NCBI RefSeq assembly: GCF_037042905.1
Contig: NC_087245.1
Coordinates: 32,738,001 to 32,802,000 of the forward strand
Reading direction: 5' to 3'
From: Lytechinus pictus
Lineage: Eukaryota
Length of the DNA stretch: 64,000 nt
The position numbers and the translations under genes are program-made. A model generated the notes under the pieces. That model saw nothing but the letters and a program-made list of their open reading frames with translations. It was not told the DNA's origin and did no database searches. Below, piece after piece: positions 11,499 to 24,529 of this stretch (position 1 is its first letter; the number at the start of each line of letters is the position of its first letter).

Positions 11499-12089
11499 AG
11501 GTCAAGTCCACCCCAGGAAAATGCTGACTTGAATAAATAGAGAAAAATCAAACTAGCATAGTGCTGAAAATTTCATCAAAATCGGATGTAAAATAAGAAA
11601 GTTATGACATTTTAAAGTTTCGCTTATTTTTCACAAAACAGTGATATGCACAACTAGGTGAGTCAGTCGATGATGTCCATTACTCACTATTTCTTTTGTT
11701 TTTTATTGTTTGAATTATACAATATTTCATTTTTTATAGATTTGACAATAAGGACCAACTTGACTGAAACATATAGTATTAAACAATGCTAATGCCACAT
11801 GTTCATGGAGGAATTAATAATTGTATCACTTGACAATGAGGAGAAAATTAGAATATTTCATATTTCATGTAATAAAATACAAAAGAAATAGTGAGTGGAT
11901 GACGTCATATTCTCCTCATTTGCATACCAGCCAGGATGTGCATATAACTGTTTTGTGAAATTAAGCGAAACTTCAAAATGTCATAACTTTTTTATTTTAC
12001 ATCCGATTTTGATGAAATTTTCAGTGTCATGCTTGTTGGATTTTTCTCTTTTTATTCAAATCAACTTTTTATTGGGGTGGACTTGTCCT
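11499..12089. mobile_element. Non-autonomous TTAA-targeting DNA transposon (Kolobok-like), copy 1
   Basis: TTAA|AGGTCAAGTCCACCCC...GGGGTGGACTTGTCCT|TTAA with long imperfect inverted arms. A second copy is at 60039-60955 and a decayed right end at ~11280-11458. Confidence 0.8.
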
Positions 12090-12135
12090 TTAAGGTAACC
12101 CTTTATTGTTTGTATGATATCTTTATATTTTGCAG

Positions 12136-12194
12136 TGGAGGCAGCTAACAAGATATGTTCTAATCTGCAGAGCAAAGAGGAAAAACATATGGAG
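12136..12194 (+). CDS. BLOC1S5: BLOC1S5 internal coding exon
   Basis: ttgcag|...|gtgagt, 59 nt, phases 1 to 0. (L)EAANKICSNLQSKEEKHME matches the Muted LQAAN...LQQRE segment. Confidence 0.9.
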
Positions 12195-13644
12195 GTGAGT
12201 TGATGCTACACTTTCAACAAAAATCTCTAGAAATTAAAGAGAAATTTAAGCATTTTGATTTAAATGGGAGCTGATTCATGGAAATGAATTTCTACTCATA
12301 TTTTAGATTTAGGCTTCCAACCATCTGAGTTATTTTTATTACATTTAGGCTTATTCATAGGGAGAGTAAAGATGTACCTATCTATTATGACAACTCACTG
12401 ACTAAGCAAAGAATTGACGGGAGATGATAGAAAATTTCCTGTTTGATTTCAGCGGGTTGACTTACTCAATGCTACAATTAGGTCTGAATAAGCATAGATG
12501 TGAATATTTTCATGATATTTTATCAAAGTCCAGCTAATAAAGCTTTGATTAAGGGTCAATAATGTTAATTATAACTAAAGTAACTTCTAACACTCCAATT
12601 ATCATAGGTAGAGTAGTGACCATAGCGCCTTTTTAAAACCATTAGAATTCAAATTGGTGCTATCTAGTACCAACTCTTGGCATAGTTTTTATTTTCCTTT
12701 AAACAATATTATTGTTATCATTATTATTATTATTATTTTATTATTATCATGAATATTGTCATCATTATCATTATTTTTGTTCTTCTTGTTCTTCTGGAAA
12801 CAGTACAGTCCACCGTCTGGTGTATTGTCGTACTGGTGAAGTGCAGCGTGCAAGTGTATGTACATTATCCGATAAAAAATTGCTTACAGCGTGCAAGTTA
12901 AAACAACCACCGTTATTAACGGAGCTGGGTCTTTTGTACCTCTTGTTTAAAGATGTGTAGAGAGGTACAATTAACTGTGCTGTTGGGGAGGGAGTTCCAA
13001 GGTCTTATCCAATCTGGGAAGAAGCTCCTCTGGTAGACAAGTGTTCTGGCAAAAGGAACAAAGATCTTCTGAGAATGACCTCTATGCATGGATGTGGATG
13101 GAGTGAGGAAGGTATGTGGGATGTCAATGAGTGAGTTGGTAATACAGTAGATCATCACCACCTTGGCCTGTGCCCTACCCATCTTGTAAAGTTGGCCATT
13201 TGAGCTGGTCCAGCATGGCTGTTACACTGCTTGTTCTACGGTGATCATTACAGACGAAGCGTGCATAGCGTCGCTGCACCATTTCAAGCTTTTTTATATT
13301 TGCTTGCGTGTGAGGGTCCCATATTATGCTGGCATACTCCATGATTGGTTGCAGGAGAGCTTTGTAGCACAGTTCCTTGACCTTTCTTGGACATGGCCGG
13401 ATATTTCTCTGGAGGAAGGCACGTGTGGAGTTGGCCTTTTTGGTTACAGCATTTATATGTTGATTCCAGCTGAGGTTCCTCTGCAGCTCAACTCCAAGAT
13501 ACTTTGCTGTAGTTTTATCAGATATAGTCTGTCCATGGATGAAGTAAGGCTTGAAGATAGGTTTGCGCTTATTTGTGACATGAAGTACTTGACACTTCTG
13601 TGGATTGAATTCCATCAGCCAATCATGCTCCCATCGTTGCATCA

Positions 13645-14490
13645 TCAGCCAATCATGCTCCCCTCTTGGAGATGAATGGCATCTTCCTCTGTCTTGACGT
13701 TGGCATTAACCATGCAATCATCAGCAAAGAGCCTTACTGTTGAGTTGTTGGAGAGATACTCTGGCAGGTCATTGATGAAGATGAGAAAGAGCATTGGCCC
13801 GAGGACACTGCCTTGCGGAACGCCTGATGTTACTTGGCTGGTGTTGGAGATGGATCTGTCCAGTACAACGCGTTGGGTCCTATTACTCAGAAAGTCAGCT
13901 ATCCAATGGTGAGTGTGATCTCGGATTCCATAAAATTGAAGCTTGTGTAACAGGTGTCCATGCGGTACTTTGTCAAATGCTTTAGAGAAGTCAAGGAGTA
14001 TCATTACCAGTTGACCCTTGTCATCAATGGTTCTAGCAAGATCTTGGACGGCAAGAATCACCTGAGAAACACAGGATCGTTTCTTGCGAAAACCGTGTTG
14101 AGCATCAGACAATACATTGTGGTCTTCAAGGTGGGTCATGACGTCACTAAGAACGATGTGCTCTAGAATCTTACAGGTCACAGATGTCAGAGAGATAGGC
14201 CTGTAGTTCTCTGGTTTACTACGGTCGCCTTTCTTGAAGATGGGGACAATGTTAGCCGTCTTCCATTCAGCAGGGATGATACCTTGATCTAGGGAGGCTT
14301 GAAAGAATATGGAGAATATTGGTGTCAATTCGATGGCAAGTCCCCTCAAAAGTCTGGCAGGAATTTCGTCAGGACCAGATGCCTTATGGATATCAAGCTC
14401 AGACAGAATGTTATGGACCCCTGGGGGAGAGATGATTATATGATCCATTGATGGGTAAGGACTAGGCCCTTTGTCTCTCAGGCTGGTCAT
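13645..14490 (-). pseudogene. LINE reverse transcriptase domain fragment
   Basis: ORF-track 281-aa product with the non-LTR RT core motifs through FADD, flanked by frameshifts. Confidence 0.9.
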
Positions 14491-14867
14491 ATCTTCATCA
14501 TGGTTGAATAGAATTGTTGGCTTAAGATGTTGGCCTAAGAGAGACTGTCAGCAGTAGTCAGACCATCATAAGACTTTAATAGTGCTACACCTGAGGCATC
14601 ATGGCGCTTGCTGTTTACAAAACTCCAGAAATGCTTTGGATTACTTGTGGTGTCTGGACTGACAATATCTGTCAAGTACTTGTTGTAAGCTTTTTTGCAG
14701 GCAATTCTGGAATGTCTCTTGACCTGCTGGTACTTCTCAAAGTCAGCTTGGTCATTGCTGGTCTTCGCTCTGTTATAGTACTTTTTTTCTTTCTTGAGAG
14801 CCGTTTGACAGAGCGAGTTATCCAGGGCTGGTTGTATCTAGTTGATGACATCTTTGAAGGTACATGC

Positions 14868-15810
14868 TTATCCAGCAGCTTTGTCAGAGTTGTTTTTATT
14901 GTCAAGCCACATGTCTTGTACAGAGCTAGAAGTACAGTATTGACCAGTAAAGCTGTTCTGGAATACAAGGCAATCCTTCTTCAGGTTCTCTAAGTCTGCC
15001 TGCTTCCAAAGGTAGATCTTTCTCTTCACGGGTTTGCGTCTGCTAGCTTTAATAGAGGACACCACAGACACGATATCGTGATCACCAATTCCAGGAAGGG
15101 GAGAACACTTGTCAACAAGGGTAGGTCTGTTCTTAAGGAAGAGGTCAAGAAAACTGTTCTGCCTTGTTGGAAAATCTACAATTTGTTCAAGCCCACAGTT
15201 ATGAAGCATGTCCAATAATCTCATGTTGACAGCATTTTGATATTGGTTCCTGTCAAACGCTAGGGTGGTCCAATTGATGTCAGGGAGATTTAAATCCCCT
15301 CCAAGCCACAAAACAGTGTTGTGGTGCTCAGCGTTAATATCCTCTATCACTTCACAAAGGTCATTCATGTAAGCAATCGAACTGGATGGTGGGCGATACA
15401 TAGCACAGATAACTAGGGATTGGTGCCTGTCAAGATGAAGTTTTATAAAGACTGCGTCTATCTCCCGATCCAGTCTGTAGGTTAGACGCTCAAATACAAG
15501 GTTGTTATTTATTGCAATGCATACTCCTCCATACCCATCAAGACGATCCTTCCGAACTACATCGTAGCCTGGGGGGAACAATTCTGAACTGCATATGGGA
15601 CTGTTAAGCCATGTTTCAGAGCCAAGAATAATATCAGGATCAGTAGAGTCAATAAGAGAACCAAGTTCTTCCTTTTTATTCTTGATACTTTGGAAATTGA
15701 TGTTCAAGATTTTCATCTTATGCTTAACCTGACCTCCTTTCCGCACGGTCTTTTGACGGGTAGGAGATGAAGAAGCTAGTGGAGGGCCAGGGCTGAGTGG
15801 CGTTATCATG
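14868..15810 (-). pseudogene. LINE apurinic-like endonuclease domain fragment
   Basis: ORF-track 350-aa product. The first ~36 aa (poly-Ile, from 15920) are flanking microsatellite, not LINE. Confidence 0.88.
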
Positions 15811-16172
15811 TTTATTATAATAATTAAGATAATAATTATTATTAACCGTATCAGACATCTGAGCAGGGCAACTTTAATACATTGTTGCCTGCATAAGACT
15901 GGGATCAAATGGCCGGTCAATAAGTTTCCATTTGTTTATCCACGGACCAATTTATTGCCCGTTCAGGAAAGTCGATGAGAAAATGCTTGGAAATGTAGCG
16001 GGCAATAAGGCAGAGCTAACATCCGGGTATTCTACGCGTTTTTGTACGCGTCCTTGAACTGCGCAGTGCTATACGTCACAATGTTAATAAAGTTGAGACA
16101 ACGCTGGATACTGCATTCCCAGGCCAGTCAATATTGCTTTATTATTATTAATATTATTATTATTATCATTAT

Positions 16173-18177
16173 CAGGCCTGGGACTTTCGGGTATTTTTGT
16201 CTTCGGGTACCCGTGGTAATTTTCGGGCGGGTACCGAAAATCATGTCGCATGAAATATGACTGGTGGAAAAACCCCATAGGTGACGTCATCCAGCCACTG
16301 CGCCGCAAGCAAACTTATGAATGAAAATATAGTAAGCATGCGCAGTGCAAGCCTCCCGTGCCCCACGCAGTATTCAATGAAAAACAAGTCTGCAATTCTC
16401 TGTCATCTCGTACCAAAGTCGACCTAGAATTCCACTTTCCTATATTTCATATTAATTATGAAATGTTTTCTCACCGTTACCACACAGGTAAGCAAACTTT
16501 GATTACTTCTTGCTTTTCCGTCAAAATCTTACGAAGTAGCGTAGATATTACATCGTGTTCGTGAGTTTGTAGAATCTATCGCTACATGCACAAAGTCAAT
16601 TGATTTCCGGGTAGTTTCGGAGCGCCGAATGCGCCAGCCAATCACGATCGTGTTACCATATGGTATATCGCTAATCAGAACCGCAATGCATCATGGGATC
16701 GAAAAGGGGGCTGTTAGCTAGCTCAGCACGTAAACCTTATTTTCGGTTTAAATGATGAACTGAAAATGGTAACACGAACGTGGCTGGCTGGCGCTTCGTA
16801 TGCTCAAGCTGCAAAAGAAACATGGCGATGATCGAACGATCTCAGTCACAATATCACTTGAAAAACTTGTATATTTATGGATATTTCGAGGGTAATTGGT
16901 GAGATTCAAAATGAGACTTGTGTACTCAGTCAGACTGCAGGTCCCAAGAAAGTGGCTTCTTTCATCCAAGTGATATTCATGACTTGAGATGTTTTGCATA
17001 TTTAATGAGCTTGATGCGGACCAAAACACCTCTTTTCATTCGGTCATTGCTGCTCTAATTATGCATCAAATTTCATGAATTTGGTACCATTGTAAAGAAG
17101 AAGAATCATTCTTTCAGGTCATGTGTTTGGATTTATTCAAAGATTTTGTATTATAGGTTAAAATTTTGATCTAAAATATGCTACAAAATAAATATTTTCA
17201 CCTGACAAAAGCTGCTATTTTCACACTTTATTTTTGTTTGAGCCCAAATGATATTTATATCATGATAAAGCTGAATATGTATGCTTTGAAATGATATAGG
17301 TTTCAAAATAAGAATTGGTTTAATCGGGTCAAGATCACACTTTTCATTTGCCAAGTACATAAAGCAGCTTGAAAACAAGTATACTGCACTCTGATTGGTC
17401 AAAAAGACCACACAATGGCAAATTCCAACGGTTCCAGTGCCTGGGTTCGTGGGAAGGTCACACTTCCCATGTGGTAATCTCCTCAAATACCCTGCGCCTG
17501 TTGTTCTGTGAACCTTATCCAGCCAATCAGAACTCTGGATTTCATGCAAGTACAAAATTTCAGAAATCTCGTCTTGTACCTTGGTGGGAAAAGTGTGATT
17601 TTGACCCGATTTAAAGGTGCCGCATATCAAGAGTGGCATTGTGAGAAAGTACAGAAGTTCAGCTTTATGGTGATATAGATATCACTGTGGCTCAAAATAA
17701 AAAGTTTTGCACAATTTGCAAAAGAAAACAGAGGAAGAAAATTCAGTTTTGAGGCACAATTTCAGGCCAGAAATTTACTTATTTAACAAAATATTGTATA
17801 CAAAATAAATGACCAATATGAAAGAGTAACTTTTACTCTATCTGATGGTGCAATAATATTTCATTTAACTTGAGGTTAAAACAGGTAAATTCTTAGAGAA
17901 AGAAAATCTCACGAATCACGAGATTTTGCAAGGAGGAGGATTCAGCCACGAGATGATTTGGATGAATCTGGCCTTTTTGCTCATTAGCATAGGGACCTGC
18001 GGTCTGACTGTACTTTTGTGATGAGTTACAATCATGTCTTACACTACGCAATACAAATCATGCAAATCAAATACATATACGTTTTACTGGTAAGCAATTT
18101 TCGGGTATCGGGTATTGATTTTTCTACCCGGGTACCCGAGGCTTCCGGGCGGGACCCGGGTTTTAGTCCCAGCCCTA
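16173..18177. mobile_element. hAT-like non-autonomous element with a nested ~1.1-kb inverted-repeat element (16922-18012)
   Basis: Termini CAGGCCTGGGACT / AGTCCCAGCCCTA with clustered subterminal CGGGTA motifs at both ends. Internal TACTCAGTCAGACTGCAGGTCCC pairs with GGGACCTGCGGTCTGACTGTA. No clean TSD. Confidence 0.6.
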
Positions 18178-18243
18178 TTATTAATGTTATCATTATCATA
18201 TTTTAATTGTTATTATTATTGTTTTTGTTGTTGCTGTTGTCAG

Positions 18244-18414
18244 ATCAAGACACTTGAGGATCAACGTAAGAAGAGAGAAGATAAATGGTCCTATTTCTTG
18301 GAGGAGTTGTCTAAGGAGAGAGATCGGGAAGACATCCAACATGCCAATGAAATCAAAGAGATCGATGATCACTTTGCAAAACTCGAAGAAGCACTTGGGA
18401 CATCGGCCACATGA
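18244..18414 (+). CDS. BLOC1S5: BLOC1S5 terminal coding exon
   Basis: gtcag|ATC AAG..., phase 0. IKTLEDQRKKREDKWSYFLEELSKERDREDIQHANEIKEIDDHFAKLEEALGTSAT* fits the Muted C-terminal W..F...H...Y/F pattern. Confidence 0.9.
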   Translation: MKTLEDQRKKREDKWSYFLEELSKERDREDIQHANEIKEIDDHFAKLEEALGTSAT

Positions 18415-19639
18415 GAGATGTCAGGGGAGTTTTGCACGAACCATCTCATCAGTGATTGTCATTGGAAAATTTACTCTGAGCCAATCAGATGCAAGGATTT
18501 CCGTAGCAATGAAAATAGTCAGTGAAAATCATTGACCATTTGTTTTGTGAAATGCTCCCCCGAGTTCGATTTCGTGAAACTTGTTACAAATGATAAATGT
18601 GAGAATTCTAAGACCACTTTATCATCAGCCAATCGGATCACTTTATCAGTAGGTTTTACAGTTATTATATACCAGTTTTGTAAAACTGGGTCCTAGTGAG
18701 AAAGGACAATGGAATCTACCTACTGTATCAGAGCTTGAATCCATAGATGAATGAAAATGATATGCTGTTTATAAGTTTCCATGGTTACTTACTAATCCTG
18801 TGAAAGCCAAGCATCAAATAAGTACATAACCTAGGGCTTGTAGGGGTGTTAGTGTGACCAGGGAGTTGTTTCACAAAGATTTAAGTATGACTTAAGAGTT
18901 GCACTTAAATGCCTAGTTGCATGTGTTATAAAAGGCATGACCGCATTGGTCAGATCATGCCAAGAGGATGCACACTACTGCGTATTGATCAATAAGATTG
19001 CATGTTGCATATCATGCATGTGTCGGCATTTAAGTATGACTCTATTAAAGTCATACTTAAATCTTCGTTAAACACCCCCCCCCCCCCCCCCGATAACCTT
19101 GAAATTTTCAGCTGTATAGAAAAATAATGGCTTTATAGTAAATCCCAAACTCGTATGGGCAGTGCTTCACAAAGATTGACATGACGAAAACCTCCATTTG
19201 AGAACACTATACCCCAGTTTCCCTCAATCAAATCTCTTCTCCAAGTACGACAAACCATAACTGCCCCAAGCAAGCAATTTAAGTATCAAAACACCTGTTT
19301 CTTGACCTCGGTCCAAAGATAACACAACAGCCCGAGCGGCGGTCCCTGCAAAGCATGCTGTCATTTTAATTCACTTACTTTCCTTATTTCGAGGTCGATT
19401 TTCTTCGTTCGAAATTGAAAGTGGACTAACATTGGATTTCTGAATACAATATGCCTCTGAAAACGTGATTAAATATCGAATACAATAATTTCATTCCGAA
19501 GGTCCTACTCCAGGCAGAGAAGTCTTACGTAATAGCACAGCTGTTGTTTATCATTTCGTCCTTGGCTCAAAGCTCATAATCTGGCCTGTGGAGGTAAAAT
19601 TGAGACAGCGGGGATTACCTGGCCTAGCAGGGTTGATCA

Positions 19640-19797
19640 GGCGGGTGTTTCATAAAGCTGTTCGTAAATAAAGAGCGACTGGTGATCATGTCTTGCGGTA
19701 AATGGTACACACCATTGGCGATGACTTAGCGGAAAGGATCACCAGTCGTTCTTAAAGTCGCTCTTAACTTCCGAACAGCTTTATGAAACGGGCCCCT
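19640..19797. mobile_element. Palindromic MITE (TTTCATAAAGCTGTTCGTAA family); further copies at 53464-53638, 57020-57206, 61521-61713
   Basis: Self-complementary arms GTTTCATAAAGCTGTTCG...CGAACAGCTTTATGAAAC, shared by four or more copies in the window. Confidence 0.8.
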
Positions 19798-19926
19798 GGG
19801 CTTGGAAATGATTTTGGGATTTAACAAACGCAAAATGGGGTATAGTACCGCAGTTTGCAATCTGAACTGCGGTCTTTCTCCAAACGGGGGTTTGACGTAA
19901 TGAAAATCAGAGTAAAAGGTATTCTT

Positions 19927-20198
19927 ATAATGATAATAGCTGGATTTATAAAGCGCTTTTTGCCTAAGGATACAAAGCTCTGCTATTTTTACCCCAGCTT
20001 CAGCTCGAGCTACCATCACTGGCGCTTAGTGCATTCAAGGAAATAATCCTGCCGGCTACCCATTCACCTCACCTGGGTCAAGTGCAGCACAGTGTGGATG
20101 AATTTCTTGCTGAAGGAAAACACGCCATGGCTAGGATTCGAACCCACGACCCTCTGTTTAAAAGGCGAGAGTCGGAACCACTAGACCACGACTCGCCC
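19927..20198 (-). mobile_element. tRNA-derived SINE with MIR/CORE-like body and L2-like 3' tail
   Basis: Minus strand: A box TGGTCTAGTGG, B box GGTTCGAATCC, body CCTTCAGCAAG...GAATGGGTA, tail AAGCGCTTTATAAATCCAGCTATTATCATT. Related pieces at 26868-26913 (-) and ~63850-64000 (+). Confidence 0.82.
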
Positions 20199-21694
20199 AA
20201 TGTGCCAATGCCCTGCACATGCACTTGATATTCCACCCCATAATCTAATTGATTTATTTGCGGTAGAGCACACCCCATTGTCATAGTTCGCCCATCTAGT
20301 AAAGCGTTTTATGAATTTAAATTAAGCTCAGCTTATTTTAGTCATACTCTGATTATGAAGACCCACACTCTTGTTTGTTAATTCCTAAATTATTATATTT
20401 TTATTTTTGAAAATTATAGATTTTTTCCTAATTATCCAGACCTTTATGACACTACAACCCATCATATCTATGACAATATTTGTTAAAGAATCCCATACTT
20501 TGTATATTCTTTTCACTTGCTTCGAATTTTTTTTAAAGCACACCATAGAAAAAAACTTGATCCCTCAAATTTTTACTCCAGTACATAACTTGTCAACAGT
20601 ACTGTTTTGTGTTATGTTTTGGCAAGTCATAAGAATGGACTGAAGTGTGAATACCCAAACTGTTAAATGAATTTTGTTTGTCACAAAATGTAAAATCATT
20701 TTGAAATTCATGTACATTGTTTAAAGAAATAATATTTTTATTCGGAATTCATCAGTTTTGAATGAGATTCTGAAGTCTTTTGTATTTTGCTTCTTCGCAG
20801 TCTTGTTCGTTTACTATGTAAGGTGCAATAAAGAAATCATCTAAAAATCATATTCATTGTTCATGCAGGGATTTATCAGATTTGCATAGTGTGTTGTGAC
20901 ATGGTGCTTGAAACCATTGAAACAAGCCTACATGTATATCCATAAATGGGCGATTGGTCTAAACTAACTTTGGTCTGCTCTTTGGTCTCATCCCCTATGA
21001 TCCAGTCTCAGCTCATAGCTCTTAGCTTAGAGATAGAGCTCATCTACAACCAGTTTGTCTACCAACCATTTGGTCTAATTGCATTTAACCCCATGTACCA
21101 TTTTGTCTAATTCCAGTTTAATAGGCTATACCCATTTTCATTAATATCTACTTGGTCGGAATCACTTAGTCTATATGATCACTGTTTGTGAACCCAATTT
21201 GTATTTTGACAAATTCTATAAATGCAAGAAGATGAAGTGGAAATTAGACTATCTGGGCATCAGACAAATTGGCAGTCTATATGAGTAGTAAACCAAGTGA
21301 TAGTTAGACCAAATGGCATTTGAACCAAGTTAAGAGTATACAAAGTGGTTTTAGCCATGATGGAGTTGGATAATCTGCTAGTAGACCAAGTAGCAGTTAA
21401 ACTCTCAAAATTCTTCAGATTGATATAGATTGCGATGAGGGACCAGTCCAAATTTAGATCGAAGTTTTCAATGTAATAGATTTAGAATTCAATTGTATTT
21501 GATTGAAACTAATCTGTTCGATTGGAGCGACCCACCCCCTTTTTTCCTTGTCAATTTTTTTTACAAAAAATGACCTACAGTTTGGAGTATAAACCTTTTT
21601 TTTTTTGCTTGTCAATTTTTTTTCAAAACCAGCTCCCTCTATTAAAAAATCACTCCCAGGCTCCTGGGTTTACCGTGACATGATCGCGATATAC

Positions 21695-22220
21695 GAAACA
21701 GAGAGGGGGAAAAGAGAGATCAGAGATGGGGGGGGGGGTAAACTTGGAACACATGGGGGAGAGCAACAGACGGAGGGGAGATGTATGTAGGTGGGTCAAA
21801 ATACACAGAGGGAGGAGGGGATACAAGAGATGGCTTGAAAAAGGGAGAGACAGAGAGAGAGTTGGAACACAGATAGTGGGGGGGGGGCAACAGGGGGAAG
21901 GGAAGAGATGTGGGAGAGAAGGGTTGTGCGATGAACAGAAAGAGGGGAAGGGAGAAAAATAGCTGGGGTCAAGAGAGAGAAGGGATGGAGTTGGGGTGAA
22001 GGAGGGAGAGGGGGGGGGGGGAGATAGGTGGTGTAAAAGTGGGAGAGACAGGAGGACTGAATAAGGGCTAGAGACAGAAAAGGGAGGGGTTGCGTTGGAG
22101 AAGGAGGGAACAGAGGAAAGATAATAAGAGATAGAGAGATGAGGTGAAAAGTGATCCCCCTCCTCCCGCAAAGTTCCAAGCCGAAAAAGAAGAAAGGGAA
22201 GAAAAGAAAAGGGGAAAGAT
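21695..22220 (+). repeat. Purine-rich (GA) low-complexity tract
   Basis: Strong G/A bias; it produces the spurious Pro/Ser/Leu ORFs on the minus strand. Confidence 0.75.
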
Positions 22221-22283
22221 GAAGTATGTTTTTTTTTTCTGAATATGTCAAATTTTAAAAAGGTCGCTGACCCGTCATTTTTT

Positions 22284-23246
22284 GTCTCACCTGCATAGCA
22301 GAGTGAGACTATAGGCGCCGCTTTTCCGACGGCGGCGGCGACGGCGACGGCGGCGGCGGCGTCAACACCAAATCTTAACCTGAGGTTAAGTTTTTGAAAT
22401 GACAGCATAACTTAGAAAGTATATGGACCTAGTTCATGAAACTTGGCCATAAGGTTAATCAAGTATTACTGAACATCCTGCCCGAGTTTCATGTCACATG
22501 ACCAAGGTCAAAGGTCATTTAGGGTCAATGAACTTAGACCATGTTGGGGGAATCAACATCAAAATCTTAACCTAAGGTTAAGTTTTTGAAATGTCATCAT
22601 AACTTAGAAAATATATGGACCTAGTTCATGAAACTTATACATAAGGTTAATCAAGTATCACTGAACATCCTGCATGAGTTTCACATCACATGACCAAGGT
22701 CAAAGGTCATTTAGGGTCAATGAACTTTGGCCGAATTGGGGGTATCTGTTGAATTACCATCATAACTTTGAAAGTTTATGGATCTGATTCATGAAACTTG
22801 GACATAATAGTAATCAAGTATTACTGAACATCCTGTGCAAGTTTCAGGTCACATGATCAAGGTCAAAGGTCATTTAGGGTCAATGAACTTTGGCCAAATT
22901 GGGGTATTTGTTGAATTACAGCCATAAATTTGAAAGTGTGTTGGTCTAGTTCATAAAACTTGGACATAATAGTAATCAAGTATCACTGAACATCCTGTGC
23001 GAGTTTCAGGTCACATGATCAAGGTCAAAGGTCATGTAAGGTCAAAGAACTTTGGCCACGTTGGGGGTATTTGTTGAATTGCCATCATATCTCTATAAGT
23101 GTATTGGTCTAGTTCATAAAACGTGGAAATAAGAGTAACCAAGTATCACTGAACATCTTGTGCGAGTTATAGTAGTTTTCAAAATCAGCACTGCTGCTAT
23201 ATTGAATCGCGTGATGCAGGTGAGACGGCCAGAGGCATTCCACTTG
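22284..23246 (+). mobile_element. Helentron-associated non-autonomous element (HINE, DINE-1/Tsp-like), copy 1
   Basis: Inserted in a T-run. Subterminal inverted repeat GTCTCACCTGCAT...ATGCAGGTGAGAC, 5' stem-loop, (CGG)n microsatellite, ~163-bp central tandem units, end CACTTGTT. Second copy at 43090-44073. Confidence 0.8.
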
Positions 23247-24529
23247 TTTTGTATGTTGCTCATACGCCATATTGTGTCCCCTCAAAATATTTGACTAATT
23301 TCGCCAAGGAGCGGGGGGGGGGTCCGACCTCTATGGAGGAACAGAGAAGAAAAAAGGGGAGAAAGATATTGGAATGAAAGAGGTAAGGAGCCTCATGATC
23401 AATGCCGTGCATGGATACCCCCCCCCCACCCCCCATTCCATCCTCACCACGAGATGCCATGATTATACTGCATCTTGAATCACCATCTTTTTATCATCAG
23501 ACTTTTCTTTCATCAATAAAACAATATGAAATTCTTTCAACAAAAATGTCTTCGACAAACGTGAAACATATTCATGACAACCAAAAATACTTGTGTCTTT
23601 ACTGACAACTCATATTAGCAGCTCGTTACCGAAATAATCTTGTATAAAGTAATTAATTCTACATTGTTATTTGTGACAAACAACGATTAACAGAGATATT
23701 CGAGGAAAGAACTGAAGATAGAAAAATAGAACATGTTATTCATTTCAAATATAATTATTTGTTTATCGCGGTATACTTTAATGACAATGGATTCTGATTG
23801 TAATTATATTAGTCATATTAATTTTACCTTTGTAGGCTTTAAAGGCTTTCATAAAAGAAAAATGATAATTTAATTTAATTAAAATAAAATAAAGTTTTGG
23901 AACGCTATATATGCTTGCTTTCAATATTTTCTACATTTCAATCTGCAAATTTTCAAATACCTGAAAATGACTGTGTTAAAGCCGCCGAATATGGAAATGT
24001 TATGCCTCCTCAAATTAGAATGGGCTAAAATTATATAATTCTACCACTGTTTCAATTGAACTGAACCGTGAGAATACAACATAAATTATGAATATGCTTA
24101 TAACAAATAACTGAAAAGAAATAACAATGCAGGACCAAACTTCGGAGTGATTGTTGAATTCTGCATTTTTTCTTTTCTATATAGATAATCATTATCGTCA
24201 ATATTCCTAATTGTACAGAAAATAATGAAATTTGATAATACTATCACAACCTAATGGTCTCTCATCATACAAATATATTTTCTGTTTGGGGATACATAGT
24301 GGGGCGGTATTACATAGGGGAACTGGTGAGCGGCCCTTGAATTTTTCAAGTGATTTTTTTTTAATACGATTTGACAATCAAATTGCTATGAAAGAGAAAA
24401 CATGAATAAATAGAAAGCGGAATATAAGGGAAAATAGCAAAGAATATTGAAAAACGGTATAGGTGCATATTCATTTAGAAAGGGCGGCCGCAGATTCCCT
24501 CCCCTAATTATTTATATTTTCATATTAAG

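Larger units (their letters stand above)
12712..15810 (-). mobile_element. 5'-truncated, decayed CR1-group (CR1/L2-like) LINE with AP-endonuclease and reverse transcriptase remnants
   Basis: APE motifs (NINFQSI, SETWL, YRPP, GDLN, PTR..LDL, GDHD) in 14868-15800. RT motifs (YRPISLTS, QHGF, DFSKAFD, GVPQGSVLGP, FADD) in 13645-14490. C-terminal YLGV and SFFP..IR.WNSLP in 12916-13645. The coding region is split over at least five frames; the 3' tail is (AAG)/(AAT)-rich at ~12712-12795. Antisense within the last BLOC1S5 intron. Confidence 0.92.

Noticed and set aside
19612..19642. Weak resemblance to the U1 snRNA 5' end (TTACCTGGC)
   Set aside because: Only about 9 nt match; no U1 stem-loops or Sm site follow.
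21650..22408. 252-aa Pro/Ser/Leu-rich minus-strand ORF
   Set aside because: Spans a GA-rich low-complexity tract and the start of a HINE; compositional artefact.
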